A DNA stretch of 63,206 bases, the filler included, from Cercozoa sp. M6MM (lineage: Eukaryota; Protista; Endomyxa: Ascetosporea): NCBI GenBank assembly GCA_040357565.1. It is 12 parts of 12 records of this genome, joined end to end, with 100 filler letters (N's around TTAATTAATTAA, not from the genome) between each part and the next. Parts side by side here need not be neighbours in the genome. Positions count along the whole stretch, not along the records: positions 20,287 to 40,143 come from JBDODJ010000203.1; positions 40,244 to 43,814 come from JBDODJ010001395.1; positions 43,915 to 54,470 come from JBDODJ010000436.1; 9 more parts are not named here. The stretch is one strand, 5' to 3'. Shown here in pieces: positions 39,389 through 52,514 of this stretch. How positions within the stretch are numbered: position 1 is the first letter of the stretch; each line of letters starts with the position of its first letter. Both the position numbers and the translations under genes were made by a program. Under the pieces are notes generated by a model, which worked only from the letters and a program-made list of their open reading frames with translations, ran no database searches and was not told the origin of the DNA.

Positions 39389-40143
39389 AATAGGAGAAAA
39401 ACGAAACAGAGCCTTGGCTGATATACAAGGAGCAGAGAGCGTAAACAACCGCAATAAAAGAACAAGACACGCAGAAAATATCAGAGAAGAGAGAGACCAC
39501 CCAAACGACGAGATCGTGATACCAGGTATGAGAGAGATTGGAATAGAAACCTATGCGAGTGATGACAACAATGACAACGAACGTCACATTGATGAGATAG
39601 TTATACCAGACATGAGAGAAATAGGCCTAGAAGCATACATGATAGAACAAGAAGAAATCCTGGAACCTGAGACAGGACAGAAAAGAATAAAAGAACTGTA
39701 CGAACGCGCAGACAAACGAGTTAAGCACAGGTGCACCGCAAGACGCACACTCAACGGGGCAATGATACAGCAGGCCTTCAGGCGGGCAAAGATCGGGGCC
39801 CTACAGAACCACGCTGAAAGAAGTACGAAACTACGCATCCTACACCAAAATGTGAACACCTTCAACAAGGAAAAACAACAGGAACTATTGAGCAGCATAT
39901 ACTGCCTGCAACCCGAAGAAAGGCCGGACATCGTATGCTTAAGTGAAACCAGACACAACAACCCACCGCAAAGACTAAACGAATACGCACTGGTCGCCTC
40001 CATCGCGCCAAAACTATCCAAAGAAGACAACAAGACACTCCGAGAAGGCACACTGATATACAGCAAACACAAAGCACTGCTACACATTGTTGGTGTCTGG
40101 AACCCAGAAACATCCTCGTACATCCACCTAAGAGTGGGACAAC
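39267..40143 (+). CDS. ORF2 N-terminus with APE endonuclease domain, partial
   Basis: LRILHQNVNTF...PDIVCLSETR...EGTLIYSK; internal duplication DEIVIP.MREIG.E.Y. Confidence 0.75.
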
Positions 40144-40243
40144 NNNNNNNNNNNNNNNNNNNNNNNNNNNNNNNNNNNNNNNNNNNNTTAATTAATTAAN
40201 NNNNNNNNNNNNNNNNNNNNNNNNNNNNNNNNNNNNNNNNNNN

Positions 40244-40292
<49 letters not shown>

Positions 40293-40299
40293 TACACAC

Positions 40300-40356
<57 letters not shown>

Positions 40357-40362
40357 ACAAAA

Positions 40363-40415
<53 letters not shown>

Positions 40416-40425
40416 TACACACACA

Positions 40426-40479
<54 letters not shown>

Positions 40480-40483
40480 ACAA

Positions 40484-40550
<67 letters not shown>
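40244..40550. repeat. Compound (CA)n microsatellite
   Basis: Read directly. Confidence 0.95.
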
Positions 40551-40551
<1 letters not shown>

Positions 40552-41227
40552 GAAAATGTGGACTGCATGCCTGGTCTTCGTTGTAGTTGTTCATTCTGTC
40601 AGCGATAGGGGTATGGGCTGGGCTGAGTATCTGAAACACACTACAGTGGCAACATTACCGGAGATGGCACTGCTACCTTAAAACACGAAGTGGGTATCCA
40701 ACAGTGGGAAAATGAAAAGAATGCAGTGAGAAGAGCGAGCGCGTGCCACTCTTTCTAGCCGGTTGCGCGTGCTTCCGATTTCGCGTACCGACAGGATCAG
40801 TGTCGCAGTACCCGTTGGAAAGAAAATGATGTCAAGCAAGTGCCCGTCGGGAGTATTTGATTTCCCCATTCAATCAACTTGAACACCGCGACTGCCGGCG
40901 CGTTCGCTCGTGATCGATCAGGTGTCATCATCTGAAAAACAACAAAAGCAAAATGAAAACAGCACCAAAACAGCCGAGTTTGGCACTACATCCGCTACCA
41001 TTGAATGAACGTAGCATCTTTATTCCGGTCCGAGTCGCTGCAAAGGTTTTTTTACCATCCGGTGCTCTTCAGCACCGATTCGATATTTTAGACTGCGCAG
41101 CAGCGTGTGCACACGGCAAGAAAATACCCGCCGTCAGACTTTTTTTTTTTTGGAAAACTGAGTTTAGATTAAAGTCCAGTCCGCTTCAAGTCGGAATGCA
41201 ACTCGTCTTGAGACTGACTAGGCGTGG

Positions 41228-42823
41228 TCACGCATTGTCAATGCCAGCTTGTGTCTTCAAGTCACGCAAGGGACACTGAGCGTCGTTGCATGTCTGACGA
41301 TCAAGCGGCACCTCTTGGAAAATGCACTTGGTGGCACCACCCGCGTCTGCCACGTGGACGTGGCCAGCTTGCGACTCGGGCGGCGGCACTGCACCACTGC
41401 CGACACTCACCGCGGGCGTTTCATCGGCACTGGCGTCAGCAGCACTCGAGTCGTCTTGCGCGTCGACCCAGGGCTCCTCCGAGCTCGAGGTCGCGGCTGC
41501 ATTGTCGACGCCGTCACTCGCCACGACGGCGGGTGTGCCTTCGTCCGACTCGACATAACTCGCGATGCCTGCCTCTGTCGGCTCAACCGCGACAGCATCG
41601 GCCACTTCGACGGCGTCCTTCTCGGGCGCGACCTGCTTCTCCGCGACAGCATCGGCGTGGGCGACATCCGACTCGCTCTCCTTTTCGGTTGGCAGTTCGA
41701 CTGCGCACAAATACAACCGACATCAATCATTCACAGAGAGAAATCACAGACACAGACACACACGGGTATAAGAAAGTATGAAAGGGAAAGTACGCGGTTC
41801 GCGGAAGAACAGACGGTGGTAGACCGGATGATGGTCGCTGTAGGGCGTCGCCTTGTGTAGCACCGTCGACTCGGCGTGCTCGAACATGTGATCCAGCGTA
41901 CCGCCGGACTCGCGACGCGGGAGCAACGTGACCGTGTAGAACCGACGCCCCTGAAGCAGGAGAGTTGACACTTCACCCACCATGGTGTCACGAGTCGGCC
42001 AAGTGTCGTTGCTGTTGTCAAGCTGCTGCTTGAAAGAAGACACCTTCACTCCCAGCAAAGGATCGCGCTCACGGCCGACGTGTGGCGCCGACAAGTAAAA
42101 AGGCTCCTGATAAGGGTAAAACCGGTCCGACTGCTTTGGGAAATTGTCTTCCTTGCCGCCGTTGCAGTCGATCTGCTGTTCGCCCGGGACAGCACCACGC
42201 TCGTACGACGGCGCGTCCATGATAAAGTTGAAGTCACCGATGGCAGCATGCACCGAGCCGTCTTTGTCTTGCGGGTAGCTCAGCCTCTCGAAGAGACCGA
42301 CACCATTCGAGTTGAACAGCAGCTGCGGAACATTGCCGCCGCGCGTGTGCACCACGGCCATGACGAGCTTTCGGCCGATGTAGTTGAACTTGAAGCGAAG
42401 CGCACGCAGACCCCACTGAAGCGCACGCTGAACCTGTTTTTCGTCCTCGCTGTCGACGTCTTCGTCCGACTCGGGCTGCCGCGGATTCAATTCTTCGGCC
42501 AGTTGCAGGTTGCTCACGCCGCCATCGACCTTGAAAAGCACCAGTGCCACCTCGAAGAAGTACTCGCCCTTGTAGACGGATAAGTCGGAGCTGTTGATCG
42601 GCTCCTCCTTCTCCCAAGCAGCGTCTGTGTCAACGTTGAGGCCGGAAGGAAGGTTTCTGGGGTACAGCTGTCCCGGCAGACGGCGGCAGATAGCGACCTT
42701 GTAGTCGTGTTCGCCGAGCGTAAATGTCTCGCCGGTAGAGAATGCTCGCAACGCAAACGACGGCAGCTCGTTGGCCGTAATCAGTTCCTGCAAGCATGCA
42801 TACTGATGGTGAACCAAGTGCGC

Positions 42824-42872
<49 letters not shown>

Positions 42873-42882
42873 NNNNNNNNNN

Positions 42883-42930
<48 letters not shown>

Positions 42931-43210
42931 CTGTACCGGAACCTGCTCATTCCTGCCGCGAATCTTCTGCACGCACTCATTGAGATGGGCGTGGACGAAA
43001 GCATGAAGTTCGTCGTCCGACAAAAGCGCGAGCCGACTCCACTCGAATGCTTGATGCAGCACGGGCAGCGAGTCGGTTTCCAGCAACTAAAACGCCAAAA
43101 ACAACACACTACGCTACGGAGTGCAGTCCACACTTACAGGTACTCATTGTACCTCCACTGACATCACGTGTAGCGTTCTACGGTTCAACTGCACAAGGTG
43201 AAGGTGCTGC
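41228..43210 (-). CDS. EEP-superfamily (DNase I-like) nuclease/phosphatase with an acidic C-terminal tail
   Basis: LHLVQLN, VPYACLQE, AVVHT, AAIGDFN, SGGTLDHMF, YSDHHPV in canonical order; 5' end uncertain. Confidence 0.78.
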
Positions 43211-43253
43211 TACACAGTATTACAGCAAGTGGCGCCTCTTGTGCGGCAAGACG

Positions 43254-43520
43254 GTCGATGGATTTTAATCAACGACACAGGATCGACCCGTCTGCTGTGC
43301 ATAGTAGCCGTCGATCGGAGTTAGGTCCGTTGCTGATAATGGAGGGCAAGTGCCCGTCGTGAGCAGTTGATCTCCCCATTCAATCAACTCCAATCGTCGA
43401 TGGATTTTAAACGACACAGGATCGACCCGTCTGCTGTGCATAGTAGCCGTCGATCGGAGTTAGGTCCGTTGCTGATGATGGAGGGCAAGTGCCCGTCGTG
43501 AGCAGTTGATCTCCCCATTC
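43254..43520. repeat. Two-copy tandem duplication, period ~140 bp
   Basis: 43254-43381 matches 43396-43520 with a few substitutions and indels and no N gap. Confidence 0.85.
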
Positions 43521-43914
43521 GCGACTGCCGCACCACAGCAAAACAAAAACAGCACCAACAGCACTTTCAGTGCCCTCCAGCACCACTTTTTTTAGCACAG
43601 TGCCCACGCATGACTTTTGGCCTGTGGCCGAGCTCCAACCAATTAGAGATTTTAGACTGCGCAGCAGCGCGTGCACACGGCGTTAAGTCAAACTAAATCA
43701 AACTAAGAAGAGAACAGTGCAGTCGAGCAAGGACTCAGTGGAAGTTGGCCCAGTCCGACTGCGTTGACGTCGAGCTCGTTCGCGTGAAGGCCCTGACCGG
43801 GAGGGGGGGGGGGGNNNNNNNNNNNNNNNNNNNNNNNNNNNNNNNNNNNNNNNNNNNNTTAATTAATTAANNNNNNNNNNNNNNNNNNNNNNNNNNNNNN
43901 NNNNNNNNNNNNNN

Positions 43915-44169
43915 CCCGGCAGGCCGAAGTGACGCAGCAGGAGGTGCAGGACGGCGACATTGTACCATACATATACTATATTATAACCTATATATTATGT
44001 ATACATGTATGTATTTTATATACCTAGGTATTATACCTATATATCTACATACCTATATCTTATTTATTAAAAACCTATATACATTGTATACACTATGTAC
44101 CGATATATACATACATATATATATATATATATGTATATATTTATTATATACCTGTATAAATAATGTACC

Positions 44170-44200
<31 letters not shown>

Positions 44201-44589
44201 ATATACCTATATAATAATGTACGTATGGGTATGTTGGTATGGTAGGCGAGTGCGGTGGAACGGCCCAGTACGGACCGCGCCAACTGGACGCAGTACGAGC
44301 ATGCTCTGGCTCTGGTATACCCCCTCTGACCCCCTCTGACCTCACCCCTACCCCCTCCCCCCAGAGCAATGGCGACTCCTCGCTGCGACACAAGCCGGCG
44401 CCGTTCTTGCGCGAGATGTTGCTGACTGCTGTGCAGGAGGTATTACCTTTTTACTGCCCACCTTAAGCTCCCCCTTATCCCCCTCTCCCCCAGGGTCGCC
44501 TGGCACCGCACATGACATCGCCGGCGCAGTTGGAGGCGCTGCTGCAGCAGCACGTGCCACCTGCCGCGCGTCACTTGCTGCAGCTCTAG
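43915..44589 (+). CDS. 3' exons of a hypothetical protein
   Basis: ...ANWTQYEHALAL / PFLREMLLTAVQE / ...ARHLLQL*. Confidence 0.45.
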
Positions 44590-44806
44590 TGACCAACGAA
44601 AGCCTCAGTGGCCTTGTTTGCTCGAGTTTTGACTTAATTGCACACTCCGGCTCAACCGCTCCGCTTCGGCTCAAACCACGATACTGTACTGTACAGTAGC
44701 AGAGTTGCGACGAGGCCAGGACTGAAATGGGATCAAGGACTGAAAATAGCACTGATATAGGATTACTGTAACTCGGTTTTCCACCTTTCTTGGGTTTAGA
44801 GTTAAA

Positions 44807-44842
44807 GTGGCTTCCGCGCGGATACAGTAAATCATGCTGTAA
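44807..44842 (+). repeat. Dispersed ~40-nt structured motif, copy B
   Basis: GTGGCTTCCGCGCGGATACAGTAAATCATGCTGTAA. Confidence 0.8.
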
Positions 44843-44902
44843 TGCTATCAACCCCGGCATAGAGCCTGAAGTCAGCGCAAAGAAAGGGAACGGGGTGAAG
44901 AA

Positions 44903-45823
44903 TCACGTGAGATCGATAATGCTGTCGTCGGACTCGTCTTCGTCTTCGTCGTCGTCACTCGAGTAGGCCATCGGGTGGTAGTGATTGTACAAGTAGCCGG
45001 GCACGTGCTCGTTGGGATCCGAGTCGTCGTCGCCGTAATCGACGTAATCGTCGTCATCGTCATCGTCGTCGTCTTCGTCGGCGAGCAGGTGATTCACGAG
45101 TGCGGCCAGTCGTTCGCGGTGCTCCTGTTGCTGCTGCTGTTGTCTCTGTCTCTGTCTCTCTCTCTGTCTTTGCTGCTGCTGCTGCAGTTGTCGTTGTCGT
45201 TGTTGTTGCTGCTGCAGCTGTCGTTGCTGTTGTTGTTGCTGGTGATAACGCGCATGTATCCTCATGCGAATGTTCTGTAGCACGTCTGCACACACACACA
45301 CACCACATATCAGTCAGTCAGTCAGTTAGTCAGTTAGTCAGTCAGTCAGTAGTCAGTCAGTCAGTCAGTGATAGTGAGTCGGTGTACCAGTCAGTAAAGT
45401 CTGCACGCGATGCAGAGCGTCCGAGCGACGCTGCGCAGCCGGCCGAGCGCGCATACGCTCCAGTTCCACCAGGTCCTGCATCAGCACCAGGAACGTCCGG
45501 TGGTCCGTGTGCTGCGGCGACGCCACGGTCGTCAGCGCTCGTCGCTGCAGTCAAGTTTCAGCTTTCACTTTCAACGTCAAACCACTCCAACTCAACACGT
45601 GAGCTTTCGTTTTCAAAGTTCAAAAGAGCCAAAGTCCAGCTTTAACAAAGTTCAAACCCCGCTCACAATGCAAAGTTCAGGCTTTAACTCACGCTCACAC
45701 AGAGAACTCTCCATCAAAAAGTTCTTCCAGATGTGATGCAGAAAAAGGAGTGAGTGTACCTCGATATCGCGCAGAGCAGAGTCGAAATCATCGTTGCTGT
45801 TGTTACCAATATGGTTGTTTTCG

Positions 45824-45856
<33 letters not shown>

Positions 45857-46582
45857 TCGTTGTTGTTGTTGTTGTTGTTGTTGAGTGCAGGCAGCAGATG
45901 CACGTGGCTGGACGCGAGTCGCAGCTGTTGCTGTCGCTGCTTGGAAGCGGTCAGTTCGACACGCTCGACGACCTCCTGACCAGCCTGCGGATGTGCGCGC
46001 GTACGCCGCCGTTTGACGCGTCGCACCTCGGCGTACTGCTGCTGTGGAACCACCTGGCCCGTCGCCAGGAAGTGCGGCACGTCCTGCACGATCTGCAGGG
46101 CACGGAAGCCTTGCCGACACGTCGGACAGGTGCGGTTGCGCTGCGCCCACTGTCGGATGCACTGCTCGTGGAACAGGTGCGAACAGCCGTCAATCACGGC
46201 GAGTGCGGAATTTATGCCGCACAGACACACACTGTCCAGATAGACACACTTGAAAAACACACTTGATAAAAGACACAATAGACACACTTGATAGACACAC
46301 TTGATAGACACACTAATAGGCACACTTAATAGACACACTTGACGCTGTATGTGTGTTGACAAACAGTAGAACAAGCATTGTACGGGCACGAAGGCAGTCC
46401 TTTCTCGTCCTGCTCGTCGTCACTGTCCTCGTCATCGATGGCTACAGTCACACAGTTGAGTTCAGTCAGTTCGTCGCACCCCATCGGACCACCCCGGTTG
46501 TACCTCTCTCTGCGGCCTGCTTTAAATCCTCCGCGCGCTCGAGATTGACTCGCGCGATCTCTGTCGCAGAGACGCGCTTCAT
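44903..46582 (-). CDS. RING-H2 E3 ligase-like protein with poly-N, poly-Q and poly-D tracts
   Basis: CPVC...GCSHLFHEQCIRQWAQRNRTCPTCR after splicing. Confidence 0.82.
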
Positions 46583-46959
46583 CGGGCCGTCTTGGGACCA
46601 GCGGACGGTCGAAAAGTCACGCCGCCGGAGAAATGATTAAAATCAATGAAGCTCGAAAATACAGTCGCGTTCAGCCTTGGTGCGTGTACTGAAACTCCAC
46701 CAAGCTGAACTGAAGCTTCCTCACTGCCTCTAGGGTGTGATCGGAGTTTCCGCCATCCGGCGTCTTGAGCCGTGCGTCCCGGCTCTGTTTGAGTCGGAAC
46801 GTCACGAACCGGCAAAGACACCAACGGCGCCTCACGCATTGTTCACCAGTGGGCCTGCGTGCAGTAGTTTTACCTGAGCACCACCACAGACAGAAGTAAC
46901 GAGATTTTTATGAATTTCTTTGGACTGATTGTTTCTGGTGGTGGGTGAGACAGCGAAAA

Positions 46960-47986
46960 ATGGACATGTACGAGGAGGAAGAGTCAAGCGGTGCTCTGCG
47001 CGTTGTTTCGCGCCGAGTTCAGCGCTTTCTGGAAGGTAAGCGCGATGTTAAAACAGCCAGAAAGCGGACATATTGTTTGTGCTCAGGCTTTGCGCCGTAC
47101 AGGACACAGCGCTGGCTGGTGGCGCTCGGCGTTCTGTTTCTGTACTCAGTTCGAGTCTACTTGATTAGTGGCTTCTACATTGTCACTTACGCGCTGGCGA
47201 TATACCTGCTCAACGTGCTGATCGGCTTCTTGTCACCGATCGTACGCAGCGTTTCTCCCGTTTACTCAATTGAGAAAAATAAATAAATCTCTGTTGTGCG
47301 CTTTTGCAGGAAGAACCAGACAGCGACATTCCGGTTCTGCCTGTGAACACGGGCGATGATGAGTTCAAGCCGTTCGCGCGTCGTTTGCCTGAGTTCAAGT
47401 GCTGGTCGGCCGTGATCAAGTCGCTTGTGGTTTCGCTCGTGTGCACTTTCATTCCGGGTAAAATTTTGAAGCTTTCGCCTGCCAGAACTGCAGTTTGCAC
47501 TTTGCAATTATTGCATTTTTGTGTTTGTGTCTGCTTGTTGAGTAGCACTGGACCTACCAGTGTTCTGGCCGATTCTCGTCATGTACTTCTGCGTGCTGTT
47601 CGCGCTCACGATGCGACAGCGTATCGCGCACATGATCAAGTACAAGTACATCCCGTTCTCGTTCGGCAAGAAGGTCTACCGTGGCACTGCTGCCGAAACC
47701 AACCCGCTTTTGGTACGAACTGCTTTCTTCTTTCTGCACAAGGCCCGTACGTCTGACCGAAAAGCGTGTTGTGCTGCCGGTAGAACACGGCGAACCGACC
47801 AAACACGGCGAATCCGTTCCCATCAGCTCATGTGCCGCAGTCCATGGTATACTTATTTATTTTTCTCAAATGAGACTTTAAAAGATACCGAGATTCCTCC
47901 TGTTGTATTCTCACGTTGTTTAGGGCGCCACACATCAGTTCGACGCCAGCGGCATGCGGCAGGTCCAGACGCAGCAGCCGTTCTGA
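46960..47986 (+). CDS. RER1: ER retrieval receptor Rer1
   Basis: [74 protein letters not shown]. Confidence 0.95.
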
Positions 47987-48136
47987 ACTGAAACAAGTTA
48001 CGTCAGTAGATAGATATTGATTCAATTGAAAGCGAGCCAGCCGATACGTACGATTTTGTATCGACTGTACAAAAGCTACGGTGTAAAGCCGGGAGCGCTC
48101 GAGCTGAACTACTATTGTCCCTCGCGGACTCACGCC

Positions 48137-48645
48137 ATGGTTCTTATGCTCGCAAGATCGCCGAGGCCAATGAAAAATACGATATTGCAAGAAAAGAGTC
48201 CTAAACTGCCCAGAAGCGCCTGTCATACCAAGAAACAACTAGCACACACTCAAGATGCCTCCCAGAAGAAGGAACAAAATAAATCCCAGCGGTACGTCTG
48301 TTCAACTCAGCATTTGGTGTGCTTTATTGGATTGAATTTGCTCTTAGCTGCCAAAATGGCACATTTAATGGCGTCAGAAATTACGACGTCTGGGACCGAT
48401 CTCGGCGATCTGCATTTGTCGCGCAACACTTCGTTCTGGACGGTACCTGTTTCTTTTGCGGCCGCTCCGAACTAGTTTCTAACCCTTTATTATGTGTGTA
48501 GTCACGCAAGGCCGATTGCGTGCTGATGCTAGTTCTGCTCATTATCGTTGGCCTGGTGTCCTACGTGATGTACGGAACGAGACTGGACCGGATTTTGCTG
48601 AAGCAGATAATGAATGCGCTCGACCCGGGCCCGGACTACAACTAG
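48137..48645 (+). CDS. Small hypothetical single-pass membrane protein
   Basis: Three exons ending CVLMLVLLIIVGLVSYVMYG...PDYN*; start uncertain. Confidence 0.4.
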
Positions 48646-48662
48646 AACACAGACAACGTGGA

Positions 48663-49105
48663 TGTTACAGCATGAACTACTGTATCCGCGCGGAAGCAAC
48701 CCTACAACTTAAAAAAATCCTCAAAAGAGGTGTGGAAGATTTTGACGTGTGTTCGCTGGTATCCTGACCTACTGAGAGCTTCAGTCCAGACTGTGGAACG
48801 CCTGTGTTTGAGTAGGGAAGCCTTGAGCAAGCTTTTTGCAGCTGAACTCAAAGAAGGGCTCTCTCTCGACCAGGTAATCTGATCTCTCCAGGACCAGTTG
48901 TCTTCGCTTCTACCTGTCCTCTGCCTTTCCAGGGGCCCTTCTTTTCTTTACTTCCAACTCAATTCCCATCTGACGGGTGACTGTCCCGTCCACCAGTGCT
49001 TTGCCGCCCAACTGAACCGTTGGGGTAACTCACTCTTTCAAACTGACACTTGGCCACTCTTCCTCCAAGAACAGACTTTATTACGTTCCTTAGTTTTTTT
49101 GTATC
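48663..49105. mobile_element. ~440-bp dispersed element with the structured motif (copy C) at its left end
   Basis: 48665-48701 is the reverse complement of copies A and B; the right half matches 29003-29245. Confidence 0.6.
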
Positions 49106-49384
49106 ACTGGCAAAGTACCCTTAGTTTACCAAGGCCTGATCCCTATCTGAGAGGGCTGCGGTAACATGGAAAATGTTCGAGTTAGTGTCAAAAAGTTGCA
49201 GTCCATAAATCGAGCGCACATCGCGCAAAACTATAATCATTCAGTTTTCGTTCAGTTGACAACTGAAGTTAGACAAGGAGAGCCTTAGACGACTCGTTGT
49301 TGACAGAGACGAGAGTATCGCAGCATTGGTGTACTTCTACCGCATACGCACACAAGCATACGACAGCAACGCAATGGAAGTGCA

Positions 49385-51267
49385 CTAGAAAAGTCGAGTA
49401 CCTTCGATCTTTTCGGTCAGAGGATCGTCGTGCTGCTGCGAGAGCAGACTGTGCTTGGTTCGCAACAGCGCAAACACTGGCAGCGGCAGCAGCGTGAACA
49501 AGGCGGCGTAGTACCACATGTGCGTGGCCGACATGTTGTACACCCAGTGCGCCGTCATGGGACCGAGTGCGTTGCCGGCACCTTCGGCCGCCTGCGACAG
49601 TGCCATCGCAACGCCAGGCGACAGTTCGTACACGCGCGCACACTCCGCCAGCAGCGACATGTAGGCCTGTGCATCAGCATAACACCAAAGCATAAACACA
49701 CAATCCAACACAAGTGGTACCGGCTCATTGAGTCCAAAGCCCACGGTCTGGATGAACACGACGAGTGCCATGTGCCAGGACTCCTTCACCTGTGTGCATC
49801 AGTAATGTGTAACATAGCCACATCGCAGCAGCAGTAACAACAAGGATTGAGGCACCTCGGGAATGACGCAAAGCAAGCTGCCGAAAGTGAGTCCGCCGAA
49901 GAGAGCAATCGTCTCGAGTCGCGCGTACCGGTGCAGACGGTCAAAGAGCCACATGTCGCTCACGCAGAAGACGACGCCAATCAGACACGTCATGATCGAC
50001 ACCTGCGCCAGGTGCCAGCCGAGTCGCTCCTCCACGAACAGCGGCCCAAAATCCTCGAAGATCTCGTTCGAGAAACTAAAGACAGAAACCGCACTTTCAA
50101 ATCAGAGAAAGGAAAGATCGAAACATCAACTGAAAGTGCTGGTACGAGATGCCTGCGCGAGCCATTGTGACCAGAATGAAAATAAGCAAACCCTGCCATC
50201 TCAGTGGATGGTTGTCTCTCCTGGTTTCCTCAGCTTTCTCCTATCCAAGTACAGAACGACACGTAGAGAGAAGGCTTGATCAGAGAAGGAAGCCCGATCA
50301 GTCAGAGAAGGAAGCCCGATCAGTCAGAAGAAACTTACAGGCACAGGCAGCACGGGATCACGGTAATGCAGCGTTTCGGGCAGCACGAACAAACACAGCA
50401 CGAAACACAGCAGATTCAGCAAGCCGCCGCACACGAATGCTCCACGCAGCGCCAGACGCGGCGACAGCAGCAGCGACAGCACCAGAGGCACCACGGGACC
50501 CAAAATGTAACCACAGCCTGACCAAAAAAAGTGTCACTTTCATCCGCGCGAATAAGTGACAACCCCAATTACCCATCATGCCGCTAATTCGCGCACTGAC
50601 TCTCGCCAGGTCCTTCAAAGGATACACTGACAGAGCCGACGCCTGTGCCAGAACAGTCGTGGCGAGGAAGAGACCCTGGGTAAAACGGAACTACAGCAGA
50701 AACACAGAAGGGCCAAGAGAAACTACCTCAAAGAAATGAAGAGCAATTAGTGCGTGCACGTGCGAAACGAGACCCTGGGCCACTGTGGTGGCTCCCAGCA
50801 TGAAAAGACAGCCCAGAATGAGAGGCCTCCTGCCGACTCGTTCACTCAGATAACCAATGATGGGATTGCCCAACAGTTGCGACAACTGATGAAGCAAAAG
50901 AATAACGAAGCAGTAAAGTTGAAAGAAAATTCTCTTTAAAAATGCAAGCTTACGTGGACAGCGCCGCCCAACAAACCGATTTCGAACTCATTCGCACCTT
51001 TATCCCATCACTCTATCAACGATACTAATAAACCGAGACACTATGGAAAGTACCGAGTTCGTCTGCCCAAAATGTCAACGAAGCAATACCAATGCCTCTC
51101 GACACAAAACTCACGAGAACCTACGCAAGACAAAACCTCGAAACAGTTCACACAGTCTAGCACCACAGCAGACCACAAATCTCGGGTACCGAAAGGTAAA
51201 TCGGCCAGAACTTCAATGCGCGAGCCTGTGTCGGCGCCGAGGCGATCGGAATCAATGCTTCGTTCAT
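49385..51267 (-). CDS. MFS transporter, TetA/DHA1-like
   Basis: Motif A GYLSERVGRRP; many TM segments; GNALGPMTAHWVY. Confidence 0.85.
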
Positions 51268-51753
51268 GTTACTCGCTCTGAGTGCGGGAAGACTGAGTCA
51301 AGTGTAACAAAACGCGAGCGACAACCCGCACCCTGGTCCCGGGCGACACAAGGTGGTTCAAATGAGGGTTTTTGTTTTCGCAGAGCGCGTTTCCCGCTAC
51401 CGCATGCGCTGTGTGATAAACTTCAGAACGTTTGATACACCGCGCTGCAGCAACGCCTCGCATAAGCAGCAAAAAAAGCTTAAAAACACAATCGGCTCTT
51501 CCAGAATCTAGGAGCCGATGGTAGCAAACGAGCCGAAGCAGAGTTTCAGGAGCCTTGGCTGGACCAGCAGCGCATCACAGGTCAGTGCTATCGTGTGTTG
51601 GGTTGAGCTTCTTATCAGCCTCTGAGCGCAAGCCTAAAAAAGGCAAGGGCAAACAAGTTGGTGACTTTTTGTCATTTTCCAAAAAACAAAGAGCTTCCGC
51701 GCGAAAGCAGAAATAAACAGCGCGTCAAAAACAGTCACAGTCTCAAACCTGAA

Positions 51754-52381
51754 ATGGTGAACTCACGCGAAGATGAGATCGCGTATGACTTCATCGAGCA
51801 GCCGTCATTCTGGGCGTTCTACATCGCGCTCATTGCAGGCTTTCGCATGTTTTTGGTGCGTTGCTAGCTTTTGAAAACGTTTTGCAAGCGTTTGTGAAGT
51901 ATCTTGCGTTGCAGTTGGCGCTTCCGGGCAACTTGGGCTGGACAACCGTCGCGTTCTGTCATTTCTTCGTAATCCTCGTTTATTTCAGTTGGAACATTTA
52001 GTGGACGGGAAGACTTGTGTGCGCAGATCACGTTCTACTTCTTCCACTGGGCCAAGGGCACGCCGGTGATGAACATGAACGATCAAGGCAAGCATGAGAA
52101 GGAGACGTTCTGGGAACTCATGGATTCAGGCCGACAGTTCACGCCGGCGAGAAAGCTGCTCACGGCGACACCTGCTGTTCTGTATGTTTTCTTGCACTGC
52201 CATCCTGTGACGTGTGTGCTGTTGCGTTATGCTCTCTCTGGGAGGCAGCTTCTTGCTCGCGTCGATGGAAACGAAGTGGGACACTGGCTACCTGCTGCTC
52301 AACGGCATCCTGGCCGGCATCCTGCTCGTGGCCAAGGACCCCCGAATGGTGCGTGTGCGTATTTTCGGCATCAACAAGTAA
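51754..52381 (+). CDS. ORMDL: ORMDL family sphingolipid regulator
   Basis: ITFYFFHWAKGTP...DQGK...ETFWELMDSGRQFTPARKLL...PRMVRVRIFGINK. Confidence 0.93.
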
Positions 52382-52514
52382 AGCGCGCACACCCGCTGCG
52401 ACACATCTTGTCTGTCAAGCGCACCCACAACAGGTGATTTCTTTGGCTGCGACCACTTCGCAGTTTTCGTTACCGTAAGTACGTTAGTTTAACGATTACC
52501 CACCCAATTGTACA

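Larger units (their letters stand above)
37681..40143 (+). mobile_element. 5' portion of an APE-type non-LTR retrotransposon (LINE), cut by a contig end
   Basis: Intronless, A-rich, two overlapping ORFs; ORF2 carries an APE endonuclease start; the left boundary is a guess. Confidence 0.7.

Noticed and set aside
39267-42817. LINE APE domain next to the EEP gene as one functional locus
   Set aside because: An artificial linker at 40144-40243 separates them, so the adjacency is not evidence.
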